64,000 bases of DNA from an uncultured Gammaproteobacteria bacterium (GCA_964625535.1 CAZVEX010000005.1:3477-67476), one strand, 5' to 3'. Counted from the first letter of the stretch, positions 1-10,344 are shown. Numbers and translations: made by a program. Notes: generated from the letters alone by a model not told the origin.

Positions 1-1990
1 ACACCCCATCACCAACTTGTGTTATATCAACAATATTCCATACGACTTCTTTTTTTGACTTCCATGGATCTTCGGTAATAATCTTCTTGGAAATGGTTAC
101 CAATTTTGATCTTAAAACTATATTCCAAAGATTTGTAATAAAACTATCCTTTTGTTGATCATCAGACAAAGAATTATAGTAATCCTTTGTTTTTTGGTTA
201 TCGAGAAAACCCGCTACAAAAGACCAGGAAGATGGAGTATCAGACAAAAATATAGCGACGAGATTAGTGACAGCTTGACCTAGCTGCGCTGGATCATTTA
301 GCTGATTTAGGTTTGAGATACCGCTTGGGAGTATTTCTTCTATTAGAGCTTTAGAAGTCCCTTGAATATCTTTTACTAAATTGGGGTCTGCGGTAATATA
401 CCTATCAAGAAAATCTTCACTTAAGACACCTCTATCCGAAGCACCTGCAAATCCAGAATAATAGAAGAAATTGTCGGGTGAATAATCCAAAGAAAACCTG
501 TCGTTATGGAAAGTTGGCTTAGTTTTTACCAGTTCAAAGAAAAGCGGAGCATTACTCCCAAGCTTTTTATTCATTAGGTTACTTTCCTCACCCGGAGAGT
601 TGCGTAATTGTTCTCTTTCCAATATTGCATAACGTGCTGGTTGCAGAGAATATTCCCTAAATGCTGAGTCGAACTTTTCTTGGATTAATAATACTTTAAC
701 CAACAAATCTGGATGCTCTTTCACTTCTTCCAAATTTTTTTTCAAATTGGAATTATTCTCTTCTTGTGATAAACTTTCCAACCTTGATTTGATAGTCTTC
801 AGGGAAAACAGCAGTAACTCAGTAAATCTATCTACTTCTCTTGGATTTCTATCAAGAAAGCTTATCATCAAGGTTTGTATTTGAGACTTTTGATTATCTT
901 CCAACTCTTCCAGTCGCTCTAAGTTTTTTTCCACTAAAGTCTTCATATAAATTCTATCTGTCGGTGGCACCCTCCAATAAACGTTAAACAACTTCTTGAG
1001 AAATCTCCTACCCTCTAATTCTTCTTCTATCTCGGTTTTTTCTTTATCTATTTCACCTGATTCATCTTTATAAACTAATCTCACATTTAACTGTTTACCA
1101 AGATATCTTTCAATAACTGTATGATCTCCAGTAACTACATAACTTACTTTAGGGTTCCTGAAAAAAGTTTTAAGAGAATCCAGAACAATTTTCACCCCTT
1201 CTGGGGTACAACGATCTAGGTCGTCAACGAAAACTACAACCTTTTTAAAATCATTAAGAATTTTATCAAATAATTCCTCAAACTCATCAACAGAGGTTAC
1301 TTTTATTTGAGAACGCTGTATTTTAATAAATTCTGGGAGCAAAGATAATACACCAAATAAAGATAATATAGCGGCTAAGATTGGGTGACCACTAATAAAT
1401 TTTATTATTTGTTCAGCAATATGTTTAAAAAATTGAAATATATTTATTTCACCAGTGGTAAATATTTTATAAACTGCCAAAAATAACAGAATATCCAAAA
1501 CTATCAAAATAAATAGGACGGCCATATGTTTATTAATTGAAGTCCTGGATTCATCAAATTTAAGGCGGTCTAAGAATCCCAGATTTGAAAAATAGAACTT
1601 GACTCTTCTCAAAATGTTTCTATAAGAGTTAAGAAATGAATTAAGATTATTTAGAAAGGTTCTGCGGAGCGTTTCGGCATTTTCAGTATATTGCCAAGGC
1701 CTAAACCAAATTACAGGGATGCAATTTTGTAACAGCTTTGGTTCTATCCTCTCAAGAAGATCTGTTTTACCTTCTCCCCATTTACCAGAAATAGCAAAAA
1801 TATAGCTATCTTCAAGAACTCCTAGGTTTTTTATTATTTCATCAGCTACATTTTGTGCATGTAGTTCCCTGTCTAAATAGTCTTTCTTTAATTGAAGTTC
1901 TTTATTCCAAGAACCGAGGATTAAATTCTGGCAACCTATAAGCATTTTTTTGCTCCAATAAAACATTCGTTGGGAAAATTTGTTTTTCAT
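1..1990 (-). CDS. KAP-family P-loop NTPase, 5' part (gene runs off window start; >660 aa)
   Basis: Not in ORF track (open at window edge). Reverse-strand translation from ATG at 1988-1990 is stop-free to position 1. Walker A 'AISGKWGEGKTDLL' (KAP GxWGxGKT type) and Walker B 'VVVFVDDLDRC'. ATGA start/stop overlap with hsdM stop. Confidence 0.6.
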   Translation of the reverse strand, partial: MKNKFSQRMFYWSKKMLIGCQNLILGSWNKELQLKKDYLDRELHAQNVADEIIKNLGVLEDSYIFAISGKWGEGKTDLLERIEPKLLQNCIPVIWFRPWQYTENAETLRRTFLNNLNSFLNSYRNILRRVKFYFSNLGFLDRLKFDESRTSINKHMAVLFILIVLDILLFLAVYKIFTTGEINIFQFFKHIAEQIIKFISGHPILAAILSLFGVLSLLPEFIKIQRSQIKVTSVDEFEELFDKILNDFKKVVVFVDDLDRCTPEGVKIVLDSLKTFFRNPKVSYVVTGDHTVIERYLGKQLNVRLVYKDESGEIDKEKTEIEEELEGRRFLKKLFNVYWRVPPTDRIYMKTLVEKNLERLEELEDNQKSQIQTLMISFLDRNPREVDRFTELLLFSLKTIKSRLESLSQEENNSNLKKNLEEVKEHPDLLVKVLLIQEKFDSAFREYSLQPARYAILEREQLRNSPGEESNLMNKKLGSNAPLFFELVKTKPTFHNDRFSLDYSPDNFFYYSGFAGASDRGVLSEDFLDRYITADPNLVKDIQGTSKALIEEILPSGISNLNQLNDPAQLGQAVTNLVAIFLSDTPSSWSFVAGFLDNQKTKDYYNSLSDDQQKDSFITNLWNIVLRSKLVTISKKIITEDPWKSKKEVVWNIVDITQVGDGV

Positions 1991-3522
1991 TCTCTTTTAC
2001 CTCCTAAGTATTTCTTTATTATATTTTTTTGACTTTCTAGTTCGATATCTAATTTAGTAAGTTCTTCCAAAATCTCCTTTGGGTCTCTGTGATTTTCCTC
2101 GTTTCCAGATCCTGCCGGTTTATAAGCACTGGCGGAGAGGATATAGTCATTTTCCTCTATGATCTTCCGATCTGCCCACCAGTCCTTCTCTGAGGCTTCG
2201 GACTGCGAAGCAGCATTTTTCTTTATTTCTTCCCAGCGCTCCAGAAGATGTGGCAAATCATTTTTATCCGGCTGGGGCCTTCTTTGAGTACCTTTAGAGT
2301 ACCCATCATTTTCTACCTCATAAAACCAAACTTTTTCTGTTGGTTTTCCGGTATTTTTGAATATTAAAAAGCTGGTTTTTACTCCGGCATAGGGATTAAA
2401 AACTCCCTGCGGCAAAGATACAACTGCCTGCAACTGCGTTTTATCCAAAATATATTTTCTAATTGCCATACTTGCTTTATTTCTTCCAAAAAGCACCCCT
2501 TCATTTACAATTACCCCGCAAGTTCCATTTGGTTTTAGCGCGTCAACCATTAAGCCTAAAAACAATACTGTCGAATCTTTTGCTTGAATTGGCAGTATTT
2601 GACGCAGTCTTTCAAGCGCAATATCTTTACTGGAAAATGGGGGATTGGCTAAAACAACATCAAAACTCATTGTTTCAAACGGGTCAGATACGCCGGCCAG
2701 TGAATCTCTTCTATAAACATGACTTGCATCCAGCCCATGTAAAACCATGTTCATTAGAGCAATTTTGGAAATATCAGGGGAAACATCAAAACCGTAAAAT
2801 GTATCTTTTTGCAGTTTATCCCAATCTGCCTCAGATAAATTATCGCCGTGTCCTTTAAGGTATTTAGATCCATTTTCGGCTGTTGCCTCTGCCGGTTTTT
2901 CTGAATTATTAGCTTTGATATGCTCATATGCGGCGATTAAAAATCCTGCTGTTCCGCAAGCCGGATCAAGAATAGTTTGGCCTATTTTGGGATCGACAAG
3001 TTGAACAATAGTCCGGATGATGTGACGCGGCGTTCTAAATTGGCCGTTTCTTCCCGATGTTGCCAGCTTCCCGACTAAATGCTCATAAGCGTCTCCTTTA
3101 ATGTCTGTATCTATTTGCGAAAAGTTTATGGGGCTTATTAAATCCACAACTTCACGAAGAGTGATCGCATCCGGAATCATGAAACGAACATCTCTAAAAA
3201 AACGTTTTACGTCTTCGTGGTCTTGAAGTCCTACCATAAAGACTAATACCTCATCACGAACGAATTTAAACATCTCCTCATTGTTAGGAATTTGGGACCA
3301 GGTTGAGAAACGGAATTTCTCATTATCCCCGAGAAAAATAGAATTAAATTTTTTATCGGAGATTTTTGACGCCTGCACCTTATCATCATCCCATTCCTCA
3401 AGCATTTTAAGAAAAAATAAAAAGCTAATTTGTTCTATATAACTGACAGGATTTGTCACTCCCGCGCCATTAAATTTATTAGCCAATTTATCTACAATAT
3501 TTAGAAATTCCTGTTTTGTCAT
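1987..3522 (-). CDS. hsdM: Type I restriction-modification N6-adenine DNA methyltransferase subunit (HsdM)
   Basis: 511 aa. AdoMet motif I 'LDPACGTAGFL', motif IV 'NPPF', HsdM_N-like N-terminus. Translationally coupled to hsdR upstream. Confidence 0.85.
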   Translation of the reverse strand: MTKQEFLNIVDKLANKFNGAGVTNPVSYIEQISFLFFLKMLEEWDDDKVQASKISDKKFNSIFLGDNEKFRFSTWSQIPNNEEMFKFVRDEVLVFMVGLQDHEDVKRFFRDVRFMIPDAITLREVVDLISPINFSQIDTDIKGDAYEHLVGKLATSGRNGQFRTPRHIIRTIVQLVDPKIGQTILDPACGTAGFLIAAYEHIKANNSEKPAEATAENGSKYLKGHGDNLSEADWDKLQKDTFYGFDVSPDISKIALMNMVLHGLDASHVYRRDSLAGVSDPFETMSFDVVLANPPFSSKDIALERLRQILPIQAKDSTVLFLGLMVDALKPNGTCGVIVNEGVLFGRNKASMAIRKYILDKTQLQAVVSLPQGVFNPYAGVKTSFLIFKNTGKPTEKVWFYEVENDGYSKGTQRRPQPDKNDLPHLLERWEEIKKNAASQSEASEKDWWADRKIIEENDYILSASAYKPAGSGNEENHRDPKEILEELTKLDIELESQKNIIKKYLGGKRE

Positions 3523-5747
3523 ATCAGTACGGTTTGATTCATCTCATCTAAGGCATTTTTTAAGCCCTGCTCGCCAAAAAGGGCAACTGCTTTTTGTATT
3601 CCGCCCTGTTCCCGAAGCGGGGGTTTGGTAAAATCTTCTGCCGTAACCTCTATATCTCCTGCCACAAATCTATTTTTAAGTTGTGATAAAAGCATTATTT
3701 GTTCAATGCTAAAATCTTTTTGTCTAAGCCATGAATCAAAATTTTTATTTACTCTTTCTTTTTTGGTGGGAAAAGTATATCTGCCTAAAGCTGCTTTAAT
3801 AAAATCAGCCAGTGATCCTGAAGGCTGATTGTATGCTTCTTTTAAGTTGTCTTCATTAAAGTAATCTTTAGGGCTATTTAATTTATCTGCTAATTTTTCT
3901 AACTCTTCTTGCTCCAGCTCTTTATCAGATAGGATTTTTTGAACCGTTTGATCCTCCTCCATTTTTTCTATAGTTTTCTCAAACTTTTGTGTATAGTTTT
4001 GGCGGTCTACAGCCATTCCTTCCGGGCCAATATAAATCATCTGCCTGCTTTGCATTTCATCAGACAGCTCATGTTCTTTAACTACTATAAATTCTTTTTT
4101 GTGCTTTGCTTCTTCCTCCTCAATTTTTTGAGCAAGTTCTCTTGGAAGAGCTTTTTCTCCGGGGACGGCATTTTCCAGCATCGGATCATTAAAACGCTCT
4201 GCATTTCCCACAAAATCATAAATTAAAAATGACTCCTTATTTATGCTTTTGTCTTTTCTTGAACCTCTGCCCCGCATTTGCTGGTATAAAACTACCGAAG
4301 CGGTCGGGCGCATCATTACTAAATTCTCAATGCTTGGCGCGTCAATACCGGTATCAAGCATGCCAACTGAAATTAAACAAACCGGAAATTGCTGTTTTTT
4401 AAAATCTTTTAGAATTTGTCCCGGGTTTGGAGTATCGGAAGTTATAACCTGGGCAAAGTTCCCCCGATACTCTGAAAAAACTTCATCAAAAAACCTTTTG
4501 AGCTGGGCGGCATGATTCTTGGTAACTGCAAAAAGAAGAGTTTTTCTAAGATGATCGCCTTTGCGTTGTTTTTCCATTTCTGCAAACTCCTGCACCATCA
4601 GCTTATTTCTGGATTCAATGGTAATAGTTCGCTCAAGCTCCGAGGGTTTATAGTCTACGCCATCGTAATGCACACCTTCTACCGTAATCCTGGATTTTGC
4701 TAGGTAAATTTGATAACTAGCTAGCCAGCCATCTTTTATAGCCTCTACTATACCATAGGCAAATGTAGGTTCCCCACTTTTGGTAGCATGATTCCAGCAT
4801 TTGTAAAATTCATAAGTGTTTCTGACTAATCTTTTTTCCTTCTCATTAACAAACTCATAGTGACCTAAATTTGGAGTGGCAGTCATGCCTATTTGCAGAG
4901 CGTCAAAGTGATTTAGTAAATCTCGGTAAACATTATAAATTGAGCGGTGACACTCATCAGTCACCACCAGATCAAAATGACCCGGACCAAAACGCTCAAG
5001 TTGGGAAGCAATAGTAGGCAGGGTTCCGATAACAATTTGGCCTAATTCTTTTGGCTTGCCCCCATACCAAACCTTTGAGGGTGTATCTTTTAAATACTCT
5101 GCAAAAACATCCTTTGCTTGTTCGGCAAGTTGCTTGCGGTCAACCAGAAACAAAACTCTTTGAATTAAACCTGCCTCAAATAAGCGCTTCATAGTCATGG
5201 CTATGGTAAGTGTTTTACCGGTGCCGGTTGCCATTTCAATTAAAATTCTTCTCTTGCCATTTTCTATAGCCTTATCTACAGCTTCCATGGCTTCATTTTG
5301 ATAAGGTCTAACTGTTATTTCTTCATTTAGGTAATTAAATTTAGACGGAAATTGTATTTGACTTAGAGGCTTGGTATTTTTTTGAAGGGTATTTCTTCTT
5401 TGCAAATCTTCTCTTGAGTAAAATGAATCTACAAGTCTGGCCGCGTCGTTTTTATAATCCCAAAAATATATAATTTCTCCATTGGAGAGAAAAATATAAG
5501 GAGCACTAATAGACTCTGCGTATTCTTTTGCTTGCTGTTGAGCTAAATTGGGTTCTATTGAAAATCTTTTTGCTTCAATAACTGCCAAAGGGCGGCCTTG
5601 ACTGTCTTTTAATAAATAGTCTGCTCTACCATCGGCGGCTGCTTCTTCTGTTGAGACTTGAGTTTTATCTTCAATATCCCAACCGGCTTCACGAAGAAGC
5701 CTATCTATAACTATACGGGCGTCTGTCTCTGGTCTTTTATCACTCAT
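3519..5747 (-). CDS. hsdR: Type I restriction enzyme R subunit (HsdR-like, short form, EcoEI-R-type C-terminus)
   Basis: 742 aa. N-terminal 'ETDARIVIDRLLREAGW' HsdR_N nuclease-fold motif, helicase motif I 'MATGTGKT', motif II 'DECHRS', motif VI 'QMRGRGSR', EcoEI_R_C-like tail. Confidence 0.8.
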   Translation of the reverse strand: MSDKRPETDARIVIDRLLREAGWDIEDKTQVSTEEAAADGRADYLLKDSQGRPLAVIEAKRFSIEPNLAQQQAKEYAESISAPYIFLSNGEIIYFWDYKNDAARLVDSFYSREDLQRRNTLQKNTKPLSQIQFPSKFNYLNEEITVRPYQNEAMEAVDKAIENGKRRILIEMATGTGKTLTIAMTMKRLFEAGLIQRVLFLVDRKQLAEQAKDVFAEYLKDTPSKVWYGGKPKELGQIVIGTLPTIASQLERFGPGHFDLVVTDECHRSIYNVYRDLLNHFDALQIGMTATPNLGHYEFVNEKEKRLVRNTYEFYKCWNHATKSGEPTFAYGIVEAIKDGWLASYQIYLAKSRITVEGVHYDGVDYKPSELERTITIESRNKLMVQEFAEMEKQRKGDHLRKTLLFAVTKNHAAQLKRFFDEVFSEYRGNFAQVITSDTPNPGQILKDFKKQQFPVCLISVGMLDTGIDAPSIENLVMMRPTASVVLYQQMRGRGSRKDKSINKESFLIYDFVGNAERFNDPMLENAVPGEKALPRELAQKIEEEEAKHKKEFIVVKEHELSDEMQSRQMIYIGPEGMAVDRQNYTQKFEKTIEKMEEDQTVQKILSDKELEQEELEKLADKLNSPKDYFNEDNLKEAYNQPSGSLADFIKAALGRYTFPTKKERVNKNFDSWLRQKDFSIEQIMLLSQLKNRFVAGDIEVTAEDFTKPPLREQGGIQKAVALFGEQGLKNALDEMNQTVLI

Positions 5748-5768
5748 ATTTTCTTCCCATATTAAACC

Positions 5769-7178
5769 ATGCTTCGATTCCTCAGCACAAGTACCTCAGA
5801 GGAGTTGATAAGAAATAACATTCCTTGTACCATACTTCCAGTGACTAAAAATTTTGCCGTTTTAAAATATTGTTTAATGCTTTTTTTGGGCTGGAGAATG
5901 GCTTTGCTTTTTATTGCCTATTTTGGCCTGTCCACCTTTCCCAGCCGCAACGGGCTGACAGATGAACTTTTTTTGCCCTCTGGGGATATTAGCTACTGGT
6001 TTCGCTGGTCCAACTGGGACGGGGGGCATTTCCGGGGGATTGCCGAAAACGGCTATTTGCCAGATCAAACCGTCTTTTTTCCCTTATACCCGCTGTTGAT
6101 TAAAATCTTAAACTTGACTGGTTTTGATGCCACTTGGGCCGGCCTGGCGATTTCTCATATATCTTTGATTTTTGCTTTATTTTTCCTTTATAAACTTACT
6201 GCTTTGGATTTTACAGAAGCGGTGGCCCGCCGGAGTGTTTTTGCCCTTTTGATTTTCCCCACTTCTTTTTATTTGGGAACTCTGTATTCTGAAAGCCTAT
6301 TTTTGGCCAGCACCCTGGCTGCTTTTTACTATCTCCGGACCAACAGAGCTCAACTGGGGGGAATGTTTGCTGCCGCCTCGGTGGCTACCAGACTGGCAGG
6401 GGTAGCTAGCTTTGCCGGTTTGCTGGGAGAGCGTCTGTTAAAACAAGGTGAAAATTTTAGTATTTCTCTACTTTGGAAAACCAAATTAAGACGATGGCTT
6501 TTGTGTTTGATGGCTTTATCTATTATCCTAAAATTGATTACAAAATTTACTCTTTTTTTAAAGTTCCTTTTAGTGCAGGGTTTGCTAAATTACCTATTCC
6601 AAATCACTACTTCAGCAATCCTTTTTACCTTGGTTCTGGTAGTGCTAGAATTTCTCCTTAAAAATGTCCATTTAAAAAAACTGTTCTCCTTAAAAACCTT
6701 GATCATTACCCTATCTCTTTTACCTATTCCTTTATATATGTTTTACCAGCAAGTTCTTTTTCAAAATCCTTTTGGATTTTTGACTAACGAGAGCGGGTGG
6801 AATAGACATTTTTCCCTGCCCTGGGAGCCGGTTTTAGGGTATTTAAATTATTTACAGTCAGTGGGTATTTTCCGGATAGGCAATTCAGCCGGGGTTTTGA
6901 CAGAACTGATCTTTTTTATGGGCGGCCTGGTGGGGTTAATCTTCTCCCTTTACAAATTAAGGCCGGCTTATTCTCTCTTTTATGCCTTGTCTTTAATTTT
7001 GCCTGCTTTTTCCGGCACCTTGATTGCCATGCCCAGATATATGCTGACTATTTTCCCTATTTTTATACTTTTGGGGCTGATTGAAAACGAAATCTTACAA
7101 AAAATAGGCATTATTTTTTCCCTGCTTTTGCTTTCCGCCTACACCATGCTTTTCATGGGCTGGTACTGGGTAAGTTAG
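5769..7178 (+). CDS. Integral membrane glycosyltransferase-like protein (GT-C fold; PIG-V/mannosyltransferase-like)
   Basis: 469 aa, more than 10 predicted TM helices. 'WSNWDGGHF..IAENGY' and 'FFPLYPLL' motifs resemble PIG-V/GT-C mannosyltransferases. True start codon uncertain. Confidence 0.45.
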   Translation: MLRFLSTSTSEELIRNNIPCTILPVTKNFAVLKYCLMLFLGWRMALLFIAYFGLSTFPSRNGLTDELFLPSGDISYWFRWSNWDGGHFRGIAENGYLPDQTVFFPLYPLLIKILNLTGFDATWAGLAISHISLIFALFFLYKLTALDFTEAVARRSVFALLIFPTSFYLGTLYSESLFLASTLAAFYYLRTNRAQLGGMFAAASVATRLAGVASFAGLLGERLLKQGENFSISLLWKTKLRRWLLCLMALSIILKLITKFTLFLKFLLVQGLLNYLFQITTSAILFTLVLVVLEFLLKNVHLKKLFSLKTLIITLSLLPIPLYMFYQQVLFQNPFGFLTNESGWNRHFSLPWEPVLGYLNYLQSVGIFRIGNSAGVLTELIFFMGGLVGLIFSLYKLRPAYSLFYALSLILPAFSGTLIAMPRYMLTIFPIFILLGLIENEILQKIGIIFSLLLLSAYTMLFMGWYWVS

Positions 7179-7183
7179 AACTT

Positions 7184-8182
7184 ATGATAATATTGGGAAT
7201 TGAAACTACCTGTGACGAGACAGGGGCTGCTGTCTTGCAGCAAAAAAATGACAGGATACAAATTTTATCTAATGTGGTGGCATCTTCTGCCTCTTTGCAA
7301 GCCAAATATGGCGGGATAATTCCCGAGCAGGCAGCCAGGGAACAAATAAAAAGTATTATTCCAGTTATTCAAGAAGCAATTGAAAATTGTAAATTAAAAA
7401 TTGAAAATTTAGACGCTATTAGCGTCTCTCATGGTCCGGGATTGATTGGATCGCTCCTGGTGGGAGTGGAAACAGCCAAAACTTTGGCCTTAGTATGGAA
7501 TAAACCCCTTATACCGGTTAATCATTTAATCGGACATTTTTATGCAAATTGGATTGGTCGATCTTCGCCCAAATTCCCCTGTATTGGTCTTCTGGTTTCC
7601 GGTGGCCACACTGATTTAGTTTTGTTCCAAAATCATGGTAAATATAAATATTTAGGAGGAACCCGGGATGATGCGGCAGGGGAATGTTTTGACAAATGCG
7701 CCCGGCTTTTGCGTTTGCCTTACCCGGGTGGGCCGGAAATTAGCAAATTAGCTGAAAAAGGATCTGATATTTATAAATTACCAAGGCCAATGATGGATTC
7801 GGGGGACTTTGATTTTTCCTTTTCCGGATTAAAAACTGCAGTAGCTAATCTCATTCAGAATTCAGAATTCAGAATTCAGAATTTGGCTGCGAGTATTGAA
7901 GCTGCTATTGTTGATGTTTTAGTTGCAAAAACTATCCTGGCTGGCCAAAAATATCAAGTTGAACAAATTATGGTGGCAGGCGGCGTTGCAGCAAATCAGA
8001 AACTAGTTTGTGAATTGAAATTGAAAATTGAAAATTTAAAATTGAAAATTACATTGCATGTGCCGTCTGCACATTTATGTACCGACAATGCTGCCATGAT
8101 TGCTGCCGCGGCATTTTTTATAGAACCAATTTCTGACCCTTTGAAACTCCAAGCCGATCCCAGTCTTGCGCTCAAGTATTAA
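7184..8182 (+). CDS. tsaD: tRNA N6-adenosine threonylcarbamoyltransferase TsaD (Kae1/Gcp)
   Basis: N-terminus 'MIILGIETTCDETGAAVL', 'SGG' and 'HxxGH' motifs. Contains in-frame short tandem repeats (separate features). Confidence 0.9.
   Translation: MIILGIETTCDETGAAVLQQKNDRIQILSNVVASSASLQAKYGGIIPEQAAREQIKSIIPVIQEAIENCKLKIENLDAISVSHGPGLIGSLLVGVETAKTLALVWNKPLIPVNHLIGHFYANWIGRSSPKFPCIGLLVSGGHTDLVLFQNHGKYKYLGGTRDDAAGECFDKCARLLRLPYPGGPEISKLAEKGSDIYKLPRPMMDSGDFDFSFSGLKTAVANLIQNSEFRIQNLAASIEAAIVDVLVAKTILAGQKYQVEQIMVAGGVAANQKLVCELKLKIENLKLKITLHVPSAHLCTDNAAMIAAAAFFIEPISDPLKLQADPSLALKY
7855..7877. repeat. Tandem heptamer repeat (AGAATTC/CAGAATT x3.3) inside tsaD
   Basis: 'tcagaattcagaattcagaattt'. Same repeat family as at 38480-38520. 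Confidence 0.8.
8010..8050. repeat. AT-rich short repeat 'AATTGAAAATT' tandem copies inside tsaD
   Basis: 'aattgaaattgaaaattgaaaatttaaaattgaaaatt'. Related copies at 7381-7410, 40958-40985 and 41394-41440. Confidence 0.75.
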
Positions 8183-8203
8183 AGCCAATATACTTAACCC
8201 CAT

Positions 8204-10312
8204 ATGGACAAACAGTATAATCATCAGGGAGTTGAAGAAAAATGGTACAAGTTTTGGGAGGAACAGGGCCTTTTTAAGGCCGAGCCCCAATCAAGCAAAA
8301 AACCATATTCCCTTCTTGTTCCCCCACCCAATTTAACAGGAGAGCTGCATTTGGGCCACGCCATGCAACATTCCATTATGGACGCCATTGCCCGCTTTAA
8401 AAGAATGCAAGGATATGACGTTCTGCTCCTCCCCGGAGTTGACCATGCCGGTATTGCCTTTGAAAGTACGTTAGATAAAATTCTTACCAAAGAAGGGTTA
8501 TTCAAACAAAAACTTGGCCGAGATAAATGGTTAGAACGAGCGTGGAAATTTAAGACGCAAGTTTATCAATCATTTCATCGCACATGGACAGTTTTTGGAT
8601 TATCGGCCGACTGGTCAAAAGAAGTTTTTACACTTGAGCCCAAGGTGCAAAAGGCGGTTTTTGCCCAGTTTCAAGCTTTCTGGGATCAAGATCTACTTTA
8701 TAAAGGCGCCTATATTGTCCAGTGGTGCCCTAAATGCAACACAGCGATTGAAGACATTGAGATGGAATATGACGAGCGAAAAGAAAAATTGTATTTTCTC
8801 AAATATGGTCCCCTCACTCTCGCCACGGCCAGGCCCGAAACAAAATTCGGTGACACGGCCATGGCAGTTAACCCAAAGGATAAAAGATACAAAGATTACG
8901 TCGGCAAAGAATTTGAAATAGAAACACTGGCGGGCAAGAAAAAAATGAGGGTGGTGGCTGATGAGGCAGTGGATCCCAAATTCGGCACCGGGGTGATCAA
9001 GGTGACACCGGGTCATGATTTTACCGATTATGAAATCGGCAAGCGCCATAATCTGCCAATTCTGCAAGCGATTGATAAAAACGGCAAGCTGACGGATTTG
9101 GCCGGAAAATATGCCGGTATGAAAGTTTACGAAGCAAGGGAGGCCATGCTGCCGGAGCTTAAGAAAAAAGGGGTTTTAGTAAAAGAAGAAGATTATACTC
9201 ATTCGGTGGCAGTTTGCGAAAGATGTAAAAGTGTCGTTGAACCCTTAATTTCCGAGGAATGGTTTGTCAAAATGGCGCCTTTGGCCCAAAAAGCTTTGAA
9301 AAATATCAAAAAAGTTAATTTTGTGCCCAAAAATTATTTAAAAATTTTAACGACTTGGATTAAAAATATTCACGACTGGTCAATTTCCCGTTCTCTTTGG
9401 TGGGGACATCGCATCCCTGTCTGGTATTGCCAAAAATGCAATCCTCATCATTTAGTAGGTAAGGATAAAGATATGGTAGTTTCAATGGATGAACCGGGTA
9501 AAAATTGCCAGACTTGCGGGCAAAAACATTGGGTCCAGGACCAACAAGTTCTGGATACCTGGTTTTCTTCAGGTATGTGGCCTTTATCTACTTTAGGCTG
9601 GCCTAATGAAACTAAAGAGCTTAAAAAATATTATCCCTGGGATTTTGAAACCTCTGCTCCGGAAATCAAATTTTTATGGATTGCCAGAATGATCATGTTG
9701 GGACTCTGGTTTGCCAGTGACATTCCTTTTAAAAATATGTTTTTCCATGGCATGTTACGGGATTTGCAAGGCAGAAAATTTTCCAAATCCCTGGGTAACG
9801 GCATTGATCCCAATGAATTGAGAAATCAATGGGGTACTGATGCCACCCGCATGGCTTTATACACTTATGCCATTCCTGGACGGGACGGCCGGGCCTCCCG
9901 GGAGACCATGGATGAGCGGTGTAAAAACTTCCGCAATTTTGCCACCAAGCTGTGGAACATCACCAGATTTATCTTAGCCTCGCAAGGCCCGACCTTGCGA
10001 ACTAAAAATGCCGATGATCAATGGATCAAGGATGAGCTTAATAAAACCATTAAATCTGTTACCAATAATCTGGAGGGATTTAAACTGCATCTGGCCAGCG
10101 AAGCTTTATATGATTTTATTTGGCACAAATTTGCAGATCAATATATTGAAAAATCAAAAACCCGCCGAGCCGAAGCTCAATCCACTTTAGAATATATTTT
10201 CAAAACCAGCCTGGAACTCTTGCATCCCTTTATGCCTTTTATTACAGAGGAATTATGGCAACACCTACCTCATCAGGGAAAATCAATTATGACTGCCAAA
10301 TGGCCTTCTTAA
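8204..10312 (+). CDS. valS: Valyl-tRNA synthetase (short form lacking C-terminal coiled-coil)
   Basis: 'PPPNLTGELHLGHA' (ValRS HIGH region) and 'KFSKSLGN' (KMSKS). 702 aa. Confidence 0.85.
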   Translation: MDKQYNHQGVEEKWYKFWEEQGLFKAEPQSSKKPYSLLVPPPNLTGELHLGHAMQHSIMDAIARFKRMQGYDVLLLPGVDHAGIAFESTLDKILTKEGLFKQKLGRDKWLERAWKFKTQVYQSFHRTWTVFGLSADWSKEVFTLEPKVQKAVFAQFQAFWDQDLLYKGAYIVQWCPKCNTAIEDIEMEYDERKEKLYFLKYGPLTLATARPETKFGDTAMAVNPKDKRYKDYVGKEFEIETLAGKKKMRVVADEAVDPKFGTGVIKVTPGHDFTDYEIGKRHNLPILQAIDKNGKLTDLAGKYAGMKVYEAREAMLPELKKKGVLVKEEDYTHSVAVCERCKSVVEPLISEEWFVKMAPLAQKALKNIKKVNFVPKNYLKILTTWIKNIHDWSISRSLWWGHRIPVWYCQKCNPHHLVGKDKDMVVSMDEPGKNCQTCGQKHWVQDQQVLDTWFSSGMWPLSTLGWPNETKELKKYYPWDFETSAPEIKFLWIARMIMLGLWFASDIPFKNMFFHGMLRDLQGRKFSKSLGNGIDPNELRNQWGTDATRMALYTYAIPGRDGRASRETMDERCKNFRNFATKLWNITRFILASQGPTLRTKNADDQWIKDELNKTIKSVTNNLEGFKLHLASEALYDFIWHKFADQYIEKSKTRRAEAQSTLEYIFKTSLELLHPFMPFITEELWQHLPHQGKSIMTAKWPS

Positions 10313-10344
10313 GCAACTGACTTGCCAAAATTGAAAGGTTAAGT

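Noticed and set aside
2463-2858. 131-aa plus-strand ORF (and similar ORFs at 3625-3828, 3939-4226, 4243-4703)
   Set aside because: They lie entirely antisense within the strongly supported hsdM/hsdR coding regions and have low-complexity, Leu/Phe-rich translations. They are shadow ORFs.
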